NCBI GenBank assembly: GCA_973895155.1
Contig: OZ316896.1
Location: 19,642,754-19,706,753, forward strand
Direction of reading: 5' to 3'
Source of the DNA: Marsupella aquatica
Lineage: Eukaryota; Plantae; Marchantiophyta
DNA: 64,000 nucleotides
This document shows positions 40,791 to 50,935 of this stretch, one piece after another. A model generated the notes under the pieces. That model worked only from the letters and a program-made list of their open reading frames with translations, had not been told where the DNA came from and ran no database searches. The position numbers and the translations under genes are program-made. Numbering within the stretch: the stretch's first letter is position 1; each line of letters starts with the position of its first letter.

Positions 40791-42249
40791 GATGAGGAAA
40801 AAAAAAGTGTCGACCCTTGATGACATCGGCTGACCAAAGCTTTTTCAAATGACTGAAGAAGAGCTGGTTGTTTCACCATAGCCCTTGACCCTCAGTGACA
40901 CGTACAACTGACCTCTTCACAAGCGGCATCCCTAATCCATTGACTCTCTTCACATGTCCATGGCCCTTACTCTGCCGAATCTCTTCATAGGAGGCCCTTA
41001 TTTCAAATGTGGTGTAGCACTCCTGCCACTACTCCGCCCCCATTCCCATTTTCACCCCCACCCCTAATTTAATTATTGCGCCCTAAGTAGTTGAACATAA
41101 ATAGAGAGCAAGACGATAAAGAATCATGCAATTAAAATGAGTTTATAGTACTATAAAGTCATTTTTGTCCATTCTTGTTTTTGGTCTAGTGGACTTTTCT
41201 GTTTTCTGTTTTATCCTTAATGAGAGTTACTGTCTAGAGTCTTCACTACATAGTAGCCCTCAAAAATAACTCAACAGTGCGCTTTAAGAGTAAGATAGGG
41301 TGGAGCTCGCGTAGCAGACCCCAACAAACACAAGCACAATAGACACTACACTACACTACACTACACTGGTATAGGCAGATGGTGGTACTCATTTCTCACT
41401 GTAATTAATCTTATCTCAAAGTTATAGTTAGTCCTTAATTAATGTTGGTAAGCGTGATTTAAGAATGAGGCAGGTTTGAATGGAAAATAACACTAAAAGT
41501 GGTGGGTCTTTGGGCTAGGACTATTTAGGGTTGAAATTCACTGAACTATAATCATTCACACTTGTCATCCTACTCCTGATTTTTTGGTATGTATTGTAGC
41601 CTTGTTTAGGGTCTATTCTCTGGCAATACCTTTGACTTTGCTTCACAAAGAAATATTATGAATAGCAGTTTCCAATGGCATATTGGTTGAGGTAGACTTT
41701 GATATTTCAAAAGAATTTGGAGCCTCTTCCCAAATGTACAAGCTTTTTTCAAGGCATGCAGCTTTCCAAATGTTTATATATGCAAACTTCTTTTATTTTT
41801 CTAGTGATCTTGGGTGCATGAAACAGACTTTGTTCCTTAGCTGTCAAAGGTGAGAGAGCAATCATGTCTTTTTGTACTGTGCATTGGAGCCCTTTGACTA
41901 GTGCTTGTATGAAGTAGTGGTCTTTGAAATGTGACCTCGAAGCAAAATCTCAAAATAGTTTTATGCACAAATAGAATTAGTATTACCCTGACTCTCCAAA
42001 TAGTATTATGCACAAGCAGAATTAGTGTTACACTAATGTTACTTAATGTGTGCACTTTTAGTGCCAGTCCATAATTAGCATTGGTAATGTTAATTGAAGA
42101 GTAAACCCAAAACACTTAGGCTACATAGATAGTGTTACGGCAATACTAATTGGGGTGAACAGTGTAGAGTCCTGCCTCTCCAAAAGGCCACCCTTTCTCC
42201 ACAAAGCAGCTCCTCACCCAACCATCCCAAGCCCTATTGTGTTGCTTTT

Positions 42250-43010
42250 GGCCCAAACTGGCTCTTAACCCAAGGGGTGCTCAGAGGATAAGGGTAGTGA
42301 ATTTCTAAGTGTGTGACTGACCAGGTAGGGTTGGGTGGTGAGGCTTGAGTCCAATGGCCTTGGCCAAAGTTCCACTAGCTTGTTGGTGCAGTCCTTCTGG
42401 CCCCAGCTGGCTCTTACACACATTGGTGCTTTGTGGAGGGGCGCTCTAAGGATAAGGACACCGTGGTAGTTTGTTACTTTGTAAGTGTGTGACTGACCCA
42501 CTAGGGTTGGGTGGTGATGTTGGAGTCCAATCGGCACCTAGGCCAACGCCCCACTTGCTGTTGTAGTCCTTCTGGCCCCAACTGGCTCTTACCCATAGAG
42601 CTGGTTTCATGGAGGTGCAATCAAAGGATAAGGGGACCTTGCAAGTGTGTGACCAAGTAGGGTTGGGTGGTGATGTTAAAGGCCAACGCCTAGGCTGACC
42701 GGCTTTTACCCCCAGGGGTGGTTTCTTGGGGGTCCTCTCAGAGGATAAGAATACCCCAATAGTGTATTTGCTAGTGTGTGAGTGACCACCAAGGTTGGGT
42801 TGTGATGTTGGAGTTCACTGGCCCACTTGGCCAAACATCCCACCCGCTGATGTAGTACGTCCTTTTGAGCCCAACCAACTCTTATCCCCAAGGTGCTCGG
42901 TGCAATTAGAGGATATTAAGGACACTTAAGAAATGTATTAATTTTGCTAGTATGTAATTGGCCAAGTAAGGTTGGGTGGTGATGTTGGAGTCCATCAGCC
43001 CCCTTGGCCA
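42250..43010. repeat. Degenerate tandem array, about 130-180-bp unit, about 5 copies
   Basis: Recurring ggcccMaRctggctctta...ggataag...gtgtgtgactgacc...gggttgggtggtgatgttggagtcca. Confidence 0.8.
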
Positions 43011-43039
43011 TCCATCTTATGTGTCTATTATAGTCTTTA

Positions 43040-43336
43040 CTAGCTCAATACTTGTGCTTTCCACAAAAGATATTGTTCCATAAAGATGTCATGGTGTCTA
43101 TTTAAGATGTCGTCAAGTAAAACGATGTTGTTGCATCAAAGATGTTGTAAACAGACGTCATAGCGCCAAGGATGTTGGTAAGGAAAAGTTATGTCATTGT
43201 GTCAATGATGTTGTTAAATGAGTACAAATGAATTAAATTGAAAGATGTCATTCTAAGATAAAATTGTTGAGTGAAAATGTGTCAATAAGTAAAGAGATGT
43301 TGTTAGTGAAAGATGTAGTATAAGACTTAGACTAGA
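43040..43336 (-). mobile_element. Short non-autonomous Helitron-like element
   Basis: Minus strand has a candidate A|TC 5' end (TCTAGTCTAAG...), a body of GACATC/AACATC sub-repeats, a hairpin TTGTG-GAAAG-CACAA and then GTATTGAGCTAG|T. Confidence 0.65.
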
Positions 43337-43735
43337 TCTATCATTGAGTTACAGGCCCATCCAGTTTGATTGTGAAGACTACGAGTGTTGGAATTTTTGA
43401 CAACATGGACAGGCTAGGGATTGAACCTAGTACCCTCTGTGTACAGAGTATTGCTCTACCACTGTGCTCTACCATTGAGCTACAGGCCCATCCAGTATGA
43501 TTGTGAAGACCAGGAGTGTTGGAATTTTCAAGAACATGGACAGGCTAGGGATTGAACCTAGTATCCTATGTGTACAAAGTATTGCTCTACCACTGTGCTC
43601 TACCATTGAGCTACAGGCCCATCAAGTTTGATTGTGAAGATTGGGAGTGTTGGAATTTTCAACATGGACAGGCTAGGGATTGAACCTAGTACCCTTTGTG
43701 TACAGAGTAGTCCTCTACCACTGAGCTACAGGCCC
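43337..43735 (-). repeat. Tandem array of tRNA-like units (3 full + 1 partial; period about 130 bp)
   Basis: Unit GGGCCTGTAGCTCAGTGGTAGAG..CTACTCTGTACACAAAGGGTACTAGGTTCAATCCCTAGCCTGTCCA at 43735-43665, 43620-43537 and 43489-43406, partial at 43358-43337. A box, B box and a perfect T-stem are present; acceptor and anticodon stems are defective. Confidence 0.85.
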
Positions 43736-45952
43736 ATCATGCCTGCTCCATCTCTACTTAGGGTCTGGTTCATTTCCAACAGGGAGTCCCTAAACCTAGC
43801 ATAGTGGGAGAAAATTGAACTAGACAAAGCGTGCGACTGAGTCAAACTAGTTAATAAATCAACCAAGCTCTCTTTTAGAACATGACCTCCAATTGTGAAC
43901 AAATCAAATAATTCAAACATACTTGCCTTGTAGCCTCATCTTGTGGCATTACAAAAGTCTCTCCAAGCACATTTTCAATCCTTGAGGTCATTCACGCTTT
44001 GTGCAGGAACAAAAAATGGGGAGAAGGCAATCATGCTAGTGCAATCACCAGTTGAGCGGTCAGAAGGAACACTGTCTTAAAATGCGCTCTGGTTTTAAAA
44101 TCCTAAGCAGAATATGAGTATAGTAACATCCTTTCGATTCAAAGAAATATTCTTTGCCTTGTTCATTTTTGGGTCATATTGGGTGTACAAGCAGAGTTGT
44201 GGGTTTGAATCATTGAAACTGTGATGCATCATGAGAATACATGGTGCCCACATCATCAACAGCGCCCCCAGATTTCAGGTCCACAAAATCTGGCTGGAAG
44301 CAATTGCAACCATGACCACCTTACTTTCGATCATCAGTAGCTCTGCTAAACTTTACTCTTGCGGGTCAATTAGTTTGATCATCAGTGTAAGACCGAGGTT
44401 GTAATTCTTGACTTCTGATTGCTTGGATCATGAATCTCTGATTCCCCGGATGTTAGGTTACATTTAGACTTTCTACTGCACACGATTTGAGTTGGAGTAT
44501 CTCTGAGGCATAATATGTGACATCTGAGAAGTTTGATGTGGTTTTCTTGCAAGAACTCTGTTCTGGTACAAAGTAGACTCAGGTCTATCAAGCTCCCCTT
44601 CCTTGTGGGGACATACATTTATATCCGAGCCGGGCCTCTTGATATTCCCTCCTCTTGATATTCCCTCTAGCTGCGTTGCCGGTTACACATTAATCTGGCC
44701 TCTCGAGTTAAAACTTCTGTTACCCAGATTCGGTTGAATTTAATAGTGTCTAAATTCCACGGACATATATTCGGGTTACCCATAAAGGGATCCGTGGATA
44801 TCATTTGCGGATACTTATCAGTTTATCCATAACGGGTAGAACATAAGCAAAGCTGAGGCATCCAACTTTTCAGCTGATGACCTTTTCAAAAGACTGCTTG
44901 TTTACTATAAAAACCCATCAGTGATTAAATCATTTTTTGGTGTGTTTCAATGTATATACATTAGTGATGTTGGAGGAGTAATTTTACTAGTCCTATCTGC
45001 TGAAGAGTCATCGACTTACCCATCCAGTGACAAAGTATCCATGCCTTTTCCGGCCCACACTCCATGCCCTTGGTGGCCCACAGTCCCAAGCCAAGCTGAA
45101 GCAAATGAGTCTAAACCTTGGCTACCATCCAGGCCAACGCGGAAAGCCGCAAGAATATCATGAAAACATTTTATGTACTGAAATGTCAAGATCTGACTGC
45201 CACCAATTAAATTAGCGATGTTTTCAATGTAAGTGGCAACTACTTCCGGATCTAAGATTTTCTCAAAACTACATGGTGGTTTCTCTAGTTCAGACCCCGT
45301 TTTTATGAGACGGACTTCGATGGAGAGCATCCTCAATATCGAGAGATATAGCAAGAGAAAGCACAAGGGATCACTAAGACCCATCAACTCCCAGAGATGG
45401 AGGGGATGGAACTGAGGGTACTTTACACCTATTGCTGCTTTTGTTCGTATCTCTTCCACTCTCGACGATAGCGAGAGACCTCCTTTGAAACAGCGAGAAC
45501 GGCATGCAGTAGGACAGGGACGAAGAAAGGCTGTTTATCCCCAAAAGACGTAAAATTAGCTTCTGCCGAAACAACAGAAAGGCAAACCAGCAAATATTCC
45601 ATACCGGATGCCTTTCCAGAACGCCCAAATATTTAAAGCTGATGAGCTAACTGGAATTCTGCCTCATGTCCATCATTACATCAATTGGGAAATAACTCAC
45701 AGTATAAATTGCAAGATGATGCTCTGCAGGGTTGTACAGAAGAGACATTATCGAAGGGTGAAAAAAGTCTGCTTCCACACACAAAAATTTGGATCCTTCA
45801 AACGCACCATACAAAAGACAGTTCCATGAGAAATTCAGTTCAATGAATAGCCGAGAGACCCATGCCCTATCTACTTTTGCTTCACCGTTGTGTCCGTTTC
45901 AATCTGGATTTAAATCCAGTCAAATGTGAATCCCAAAAATCAGTCAATATCT

Positions 45953-48307
45953 TCACCACCCGACTCTCTTTTGGATCTGCTCTTTATTCTTCTTCAGTTT
46001 GTTCTTTTGCTTCATACCACCGTCTCCTCGTTTGCAGTGTTTTCTTTTCAACTGAACTGGCTGACCATCCTCCATCTCGCTTCCTGGTGTATCACATTTC
46101 TTCCTCTTCTTCTGCTTTCGCTGTTGGCTCCCTTGGCACTTTCCAGCTTGAACTTTCGGCCTCTGACTTGGGTTTCCTTGTTTTCTTTTCAACTGAACTG
46201 GCTGACCATCCTCCATCTCGCTTCCCGGTGTATCACATTTCTTCCTCTTCTTCTGCTTTCGCTGTTGGCTCCCTTGGCACTTTCCAGCTTGAACTTTCGG
46301 CCTCTGACTTGGGTTTCCTTGTTTTCTTTTCAACTGAACTGGCTGACCATCCTCCATCTCGCTTCCCGGTGTATCACATTTCTTCCTCTTCTTCTGCTTT
46401 CCCTGTTGGCTTCCTTGGCACTTTCCAGCTTGAACTTTCGGCCTCTGACTTAGGTTTCCTTTTGTGTCAACTAGTTTAGCAAGTACGTTGTCGTGGTGCC
46501 AGTGAGTGAGCAGGAGAGTCTTCGCTTTCAAAAACATTGTGCGCACATCCTTAATTTTGTACGATCCCTTGGCTATATCAGACGTGGGATCAAGAGGATC
46601 CTCAACAGAAAGAAGCTCAGGATCTTTCAAATTGACCCACCCCTTAGCTTGCTTTGAGACAGTAAGGTCAGCCCTTGTAGACACCACATCTGTCCTATAG
46701 TTATGCATAGTACAGTACCGCGTAAAGAAGGAAAGCAGGAGAACTCCCAGATCATGTGCACTTCCAGTCGCTCCCAGCTTTTGAAGATGGCTCACAGCCA
46801 TAGTTATCAGGCAAAAACTACCAAGTCCACCAGTCCACAATTCATTCAAATTCTGCTGTCCAAGAAAGAATTTGAGAACTAAACAAAGCGGGTGCAAAGC
46901 TTCATATTGCTGCATGAACTGGCGGATGACCGGCACACCTCTGGGGCCATTGTGCGAATCAAAGCAAATGTCACAAGCAAGGCCTGACTTAAACACGACT
47001 TTCAGAAGGGGCACCTTCGTATGGGGGATCTGTCTCAAGGATTGACACTGCCCATTCCGTTTCAGAAGTCTGCCCAACTCTGATAGCCATGAAACTGTTG
47101 CAGATTTTTGTCCACTGCTATCCTGGTGGGACGAGATGATCGCCACGTCGATATCACTCCAAGGAAGAGCCAAACCAGTGGCTGTGGACCCAAATAAGTG
47201 GACTTCGGCTCTTGGCCAAAGCTCGTGCACCATCCGCCCCACGTACTCAAAAGCCTCTCTTCTAATCTGCTGTTGCTCTTGTGTCAGCTCAAGAGCTTTG
47301 CAGAAATTGACAATCTCCCAGTGGAGCCGAGAGAGGTTTGTGCCCACGATTTCTTTTAAGCTGCTCCCCTGCTCATCCATTGTCTGTCCAGTCACCATCC
47401 TTTCCAAGCCATAAGGTGTTGCAACCAGACCTTTCCCCAGGAGCCCCTGTACCCTCGGCTCTGGTGACCCAATGATGTGAAAGCTTTCCTGCTCAACATA
47501 CCTTCCAGAGCTATATCCTTGAGCCAACAGCAACCGTTCACAGCCAGTAGATGCCAGAACAGGTTCTCTCTCCATGACGAGGAAGCCCTGTCCCCGTAAT
47601 TGGTGAACAGCGTCTCGTCCAATCGTTCCTTGCACTCTAATCTGCGAGGCAGGCCCCCCCCCCAAAATTCCATACTCTCGCGGCCGTTGTTCACCAATGA
47701 CATCGTAATAATTCTCCTGAAATACCCTTCTTCCGTTGAGGTGGCTCTGGTCCACATTTGCTGAAGTGCGCCATCTCCCTGAGGCCTCCTGGCTCCTCAA
47801 ATTTGATGGTGGCTCTCTTGGAATCCCTTCGTTTGTCCATTGAGCTACAGCGCCTGCGTAATATAAGTCTCCATCAATATCTCTTCCACTCTGTTTGTCA
47901 ACAGTAGCAGTTGCCATTCTCTTTTGTTTCTTGGCTTCTTTTCTCCTTTGCCTTCTTGGAATAGGCTCAACCTGCTGATGGCGAAGCGGGGGAATAGGAG
48001 TAGCTTTGAAATGATAAAATGCTTCTCCACCAACATCCATGCGGTGCTGTGGTTCCCCTGGCATTTTCGCCATCCCGGAAAACTTTTGCCATGGGTGAAA
48101 AAACTGGCCAGCTGCTTGCGGACCTGCTTGCCACCGTTGCTCATGATGCTTCAAGACGTTCAGCACATGTACGTCGTCATCCTCCTCAATATGAAACTCT
48201 GCTTCCGCCACCGTGGAAGCTGGCAACATCTTCCGGCCCTGCTGCACTTGGTCTTCTTCTTCATCTTCGGAGGGAAGTGACGCAAACCAATTAACGGGAA
48301 CCGCCAT
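45953..48307 (-). CDS. Non-canonical poly(A) polymerase / terminal nucleotidyltransferase, TRF4/PAP2 (TENT4)-like, intronless, 784 aa
   Basis: LHWEIVNF, LFGSTATGLALPWSDIDV (GS..DxD), KVPLLK...CDICF (third Asp), LKFFLGQQNLNELWTGGLGSF, PAP-associated LSVEDPLDPTSDIAKGSY. Uninterrupted ORF. Confidence 0.9.
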   Translation of the reverse strand: MAVPVNWFASLPSEDEEEDQVQQGRKMLPASTVAEAEFHIEEDDDVHVLNVLKHHEQRWQAGPQAAGQFFHPWQKFSGMAKMPGEPQHRMDVGGEAFYHFKATPIPPLRHQQVEPIPRRQRRKEAKKQKRMATATVDKQSGRDIDGDLYYAGAVAQWTNEGIPREPPSNLRSQEASGRWRTSANVDQSHLNGRRVFQENYYDVIGEQRPREYGILGGGPASQIRVQGTIGRDAVHQLRGQGFLVMEREPVLASTGCERLLLAQGYSSGRYVEQESFHIIGSPEPRVQGLLGKGLVATPYGLERMVTGQTMDEQGSSLKEIVGTNLSRLHWEIVNFCKALELTQEQQQIRREAFEYVGRMVHELWPRAEVHLFGSTATGLALPWSDIDVAIISSHQDSSGQKSATVSWLSELGRLLKRNGQCQSLRQIPHTKVPLLKVVFKSGLACDICFDSHNGPRGVPVIRQFMQQYEALHPLCLVLKFFLGQQNLNELWTGGLGSFCLITMAVSHLQKLGATGSAHDLGVLLLSFFTRYCTMHNYRTDVVSTRADLTVSKQAKGWVNLKDPELLSVEDPLDPTSDIAKGSYKIKDVRTMFLKAKTLLLTHWHHDNVLAKLVDTKGNLSQRPKVQAGKCQGSQQGKQKKRKKCDTPGSEMEDGQPVQLKRKQGNPSQRPKVQAGKCQGSQQRKQKKRKKCDTPGSEMEDGQPVQLKRKQGNPSQRPKVQAGKCQGSQQRKQKKRKKCDTPGSEMEDGQPVQLKRKHCKRGDGGMKQKNKLKKNKEQIQKRVGW
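46038..46459 (-). repeat. Three near-identical 141-bp coding repeats (47 aa, Lys/Gln-rich) at the nucleotidyltransferase C-terminus
   Basis: GN(P/L)SQRPKVQAGKCQGSQQ(R/G)KQKKRKKCDTPGSEMEDGQPVQLKRK occurs three times. Confidence 0.95.
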
Positions 48308-48485
48308 GGCTCCTTTCAGCTAGGCGGGTAGCTCCCTCTTCTATTACCACATCGGTGCAGGCGCATGATCGCAGGTCAATGCCTTACAGAAGAATCTGAA
48401 TAAACCATCCGAAACTTATGATCATTGTCTGGAAGCTTCCATACAAGCAGACGACTGAAAGGATATATGTTTGGTGTTCCTATAT

Positions 48486-49163
48486 AGGACGGAGAATCAG
48501 GACGCCATTGACACTGCCATCGTAGGCATGTTGGGAGATCCTAAAGCAGTCCGTGCAGGCATTCAGGAAGTTCACTTCCTGCCTTTCAATCCCGTCGACA
48601 AGCGCACGGCCATTACTTTCATCGATGAAGAAGGGAACCTCCGATCGCTCGCCGTTGCCAGACAGCAAGTGCTGGAGAAAAGCAGGGACAGTGAAGGGGG
48701 CCCTTGGGAGTTTCTCGGATTGTTACCGCTCTTTGACCCTCCTCGTCACGACAGTGCTGAAACTATTCGTGAGGCTCTCAAGCTGGGAGTCAATGTGAAG
48801 ATGATCACGGGTGATCAGGTGGCTATTGCCAAAGAAACTGGCCGAAGACTCGGCATGGGATCGAACATGTATCCGTCTGCATCTTTGCTTGGAAAGAGCA
48901 AGGACGAATCCATAGCAGGGCTAGACATCGATGAGCTAATCTTCAAGGCGGACGGTTTCGCAGGAGTGTTCCCGGAGCACAAGTACGAAATTGTCAAGCG
49001 ACTTCAAGGTCAGAAGCACATCTGCGGAATGACGGGAGATGGTGTGAACGATGCACCAGCTTTGAAGAAAGCAGACATTGGCATTGCTGTCTCTGATGCA
49101 ACTGATGCAACTCGTGGTGCGTCCGATATTGTGCTGGCAGAGCCTGGTCTCAGCGTCATTATT
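48486..49163 (+). pseudogene. Plasma-membrane H+-ATPase (P3A, AHA-like) internal fragment
   Basis: RTENQDAID...[56 protein letters not shown]. Lacks the N-terminus, the DKTGT phosphorylation motif and the membrane domains, and the KGAP segment is deleted in frame. Confidence 0.9.
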
Positions 49164-50219
49164 CTAAGATTCTCCATGAAACATACGAGCATGAATGAAA
49201 GAGACCTCATTTAGGTACATGAATGAGTTAAGCAAGCACTTGTTCGAGTTCATCATTGGTTACAACGACGCTCGTGAGGCACCTCGTTCACCCAAAGAAG
49301 AACCCCAACCAACTCTCGTCTTCACGATCCCGACAGACATCTTAGAATGTTCATGAATTTTGTACCGTTTCCAAAAATTATACTTAAGAACAACTACCCT
49401 GATAGAAAAGGCACAACCTCGATGGTGAGACCCAATGCAGGTAGGCCAAGACAAGCGACAGTATTGCAAATTAACACACAATTTCGAAGCAAATCCAATC
49501 TCCACATACCTAGGACACAGCCATCCCGAGATTCCGTAGGGACTACAGCTCAAGCTTAGCGCACCTTTGCGCAATATCAAACCCTAATCCCTAGAAGCCA
49601 GGAATTCTCCACGCACAAATTGATCTCCTCTGCCGAAAATCCCTTCCTTGCAAGCGCAGCAGCTCACAAGGGCTCACACAACTGACAGCTCCTGTAGAAA
49701 CTGCAAAACAATGACAGGTTCTTCCTTCCATCGATTTCAAAGAGTCCGTGCATAGCTCCCGCAGCAAGTTGTGGCCATCTCGGTAAACCGCAATCTCATG
49801 TCCAAAGATCTCAGTATATACAGCTTAGGGCGATTCCGCGAGAATTGTACAAACCAGTACCTACTCCCGTCCACAGAATAATCTCGCAACAGGCCGGGGC
49901 AATCTTATGTCCAAATTCTTCGCGTGGGACTTGGGAGGAGTCAAGGATGACGATCCGTTACGCCGCTAACCTCCTATCCTTCAGTGCGAAACGCTTCCAA
50001 CCTTCGAGAAGCAATGGAGGAGAACTCCGTGTCGAGTTTATTGTAAAATCAGCTATTCCGCCGAAACTGTACAAAGCTAGACGATCTCCCAAGAGGTCAG
50101 GGCAATCTCGTGTCCAAAGATCTCTGTGCAGAATGCAAAATCAGCGATTCCTCGGAAATTGTACAAAGGTAGACGTGAGTACCCTTATTATGAGTGATCC
50201 AGACCCCATTGATAACCCC

Positions 50220-50605
50220 CTTAGTCCCCCAAACTACACAATATTAGTAACGTGCCCCAAACAAAATTAATTATGAAATCTTTTTCCATTTTGGATTCGG
50301 GTTAGTATTAACTCATGTATAGGTTCCCATTATGAAGTGGCCAGTTGCTACTGGGTAACTTAAACCCACTGCCCCCTCTTCTTTGGTCTCAAATGGCAAT
50401 GAGAACCCTTATATGAGTTAATATTAACCTGCTACTGGGTAACCTAAACCCAATGCCCCCTCTTCTTTGGTCTCACATGGCAATGAGAACCCTTATATTA
50501 GTTAATACCAGCCCAAATATGAAATGGGGGACAGGTTGATGATTAGTGGTTTCTTTGGAGGGAGGGGGGTGCGCAAGTTAGTAATATTGGGTACTTTGGG
50601 GTATA
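50220..50605. mobile_element. Degenerate foldback/MITE-like structure with an internal about 84-bp tandem duplication
   Basis: 50226-50315 is imperfectly inverted at 50497-50602 (gttagtattaact vs agttaatacc; caatattagtaac vs gttagtaatattg). tgctactgggtaac...gagaacccttata is repeated at about 50346 and 50430. Confidence 0.5.
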
Positions 50606-50900
50606 GATTACTTGATAAAAAGTTATCAGCCTTAATTAAATAAACTAACTTACCCAAAATCTCATGAGGTACATCTACGAACCCCTTTCATTTTGGGGTC
50701 TATGGAGTAAATTTCTCTACTCAAATAATAACAACCTCAAATCTTATCCAAGAGACATACTTGATGGACTCCAAAATTGAAACATGTTAATAAACAGACC
50801 CCATAAGGCCACATGAGGGTTTGGGTAACTATGTTGATTTAAGGTAGGGGTCAACTGTCCGGGTCACTCATGAGGTCTATCAAGTAACACTCTTCATTTT

Positions 50901-50935
50901 GGGGGGGGGGGGGGGGGTTAGGGTTTAGGGTTTAG
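50901..50935 (+). repeat. G17 tract followed by telomere-like TTAGGG TTTAGGG TTTAG
   Basis: Read directly from the sequence. Confidence 0.8.

Noticed and set aside
43406-43735. Functional tRNA genes (apparent GTA or TAC anticodon)
   Set aside because: The anticodon stem does not pair, the acceptor stem has mismatches, two copies have a duplicated D-arm, and there is no terminator. Kept as tRNA-like repeats.
44270-44390. C/D-box snoRNA-like TGATGA...CTGA pairs on the minus strand
   Set aside because: Too short, with no terminal stems or recognisable rRNA guide. The region looks more like decayed coding DNA.
45016-45459. 147-aa minus-strand ORF downstream of the nucleotidyltransferase
   Set aside because: No recognisable motif or convincing gene structure. 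It cannot be supported without a homology search.
45862-46479. Plus-strand ORFs of 205 and 175 aa
   Set aside because: Antisense shadows of the 141-bp coding repeats of the nucleotidyltransferase.
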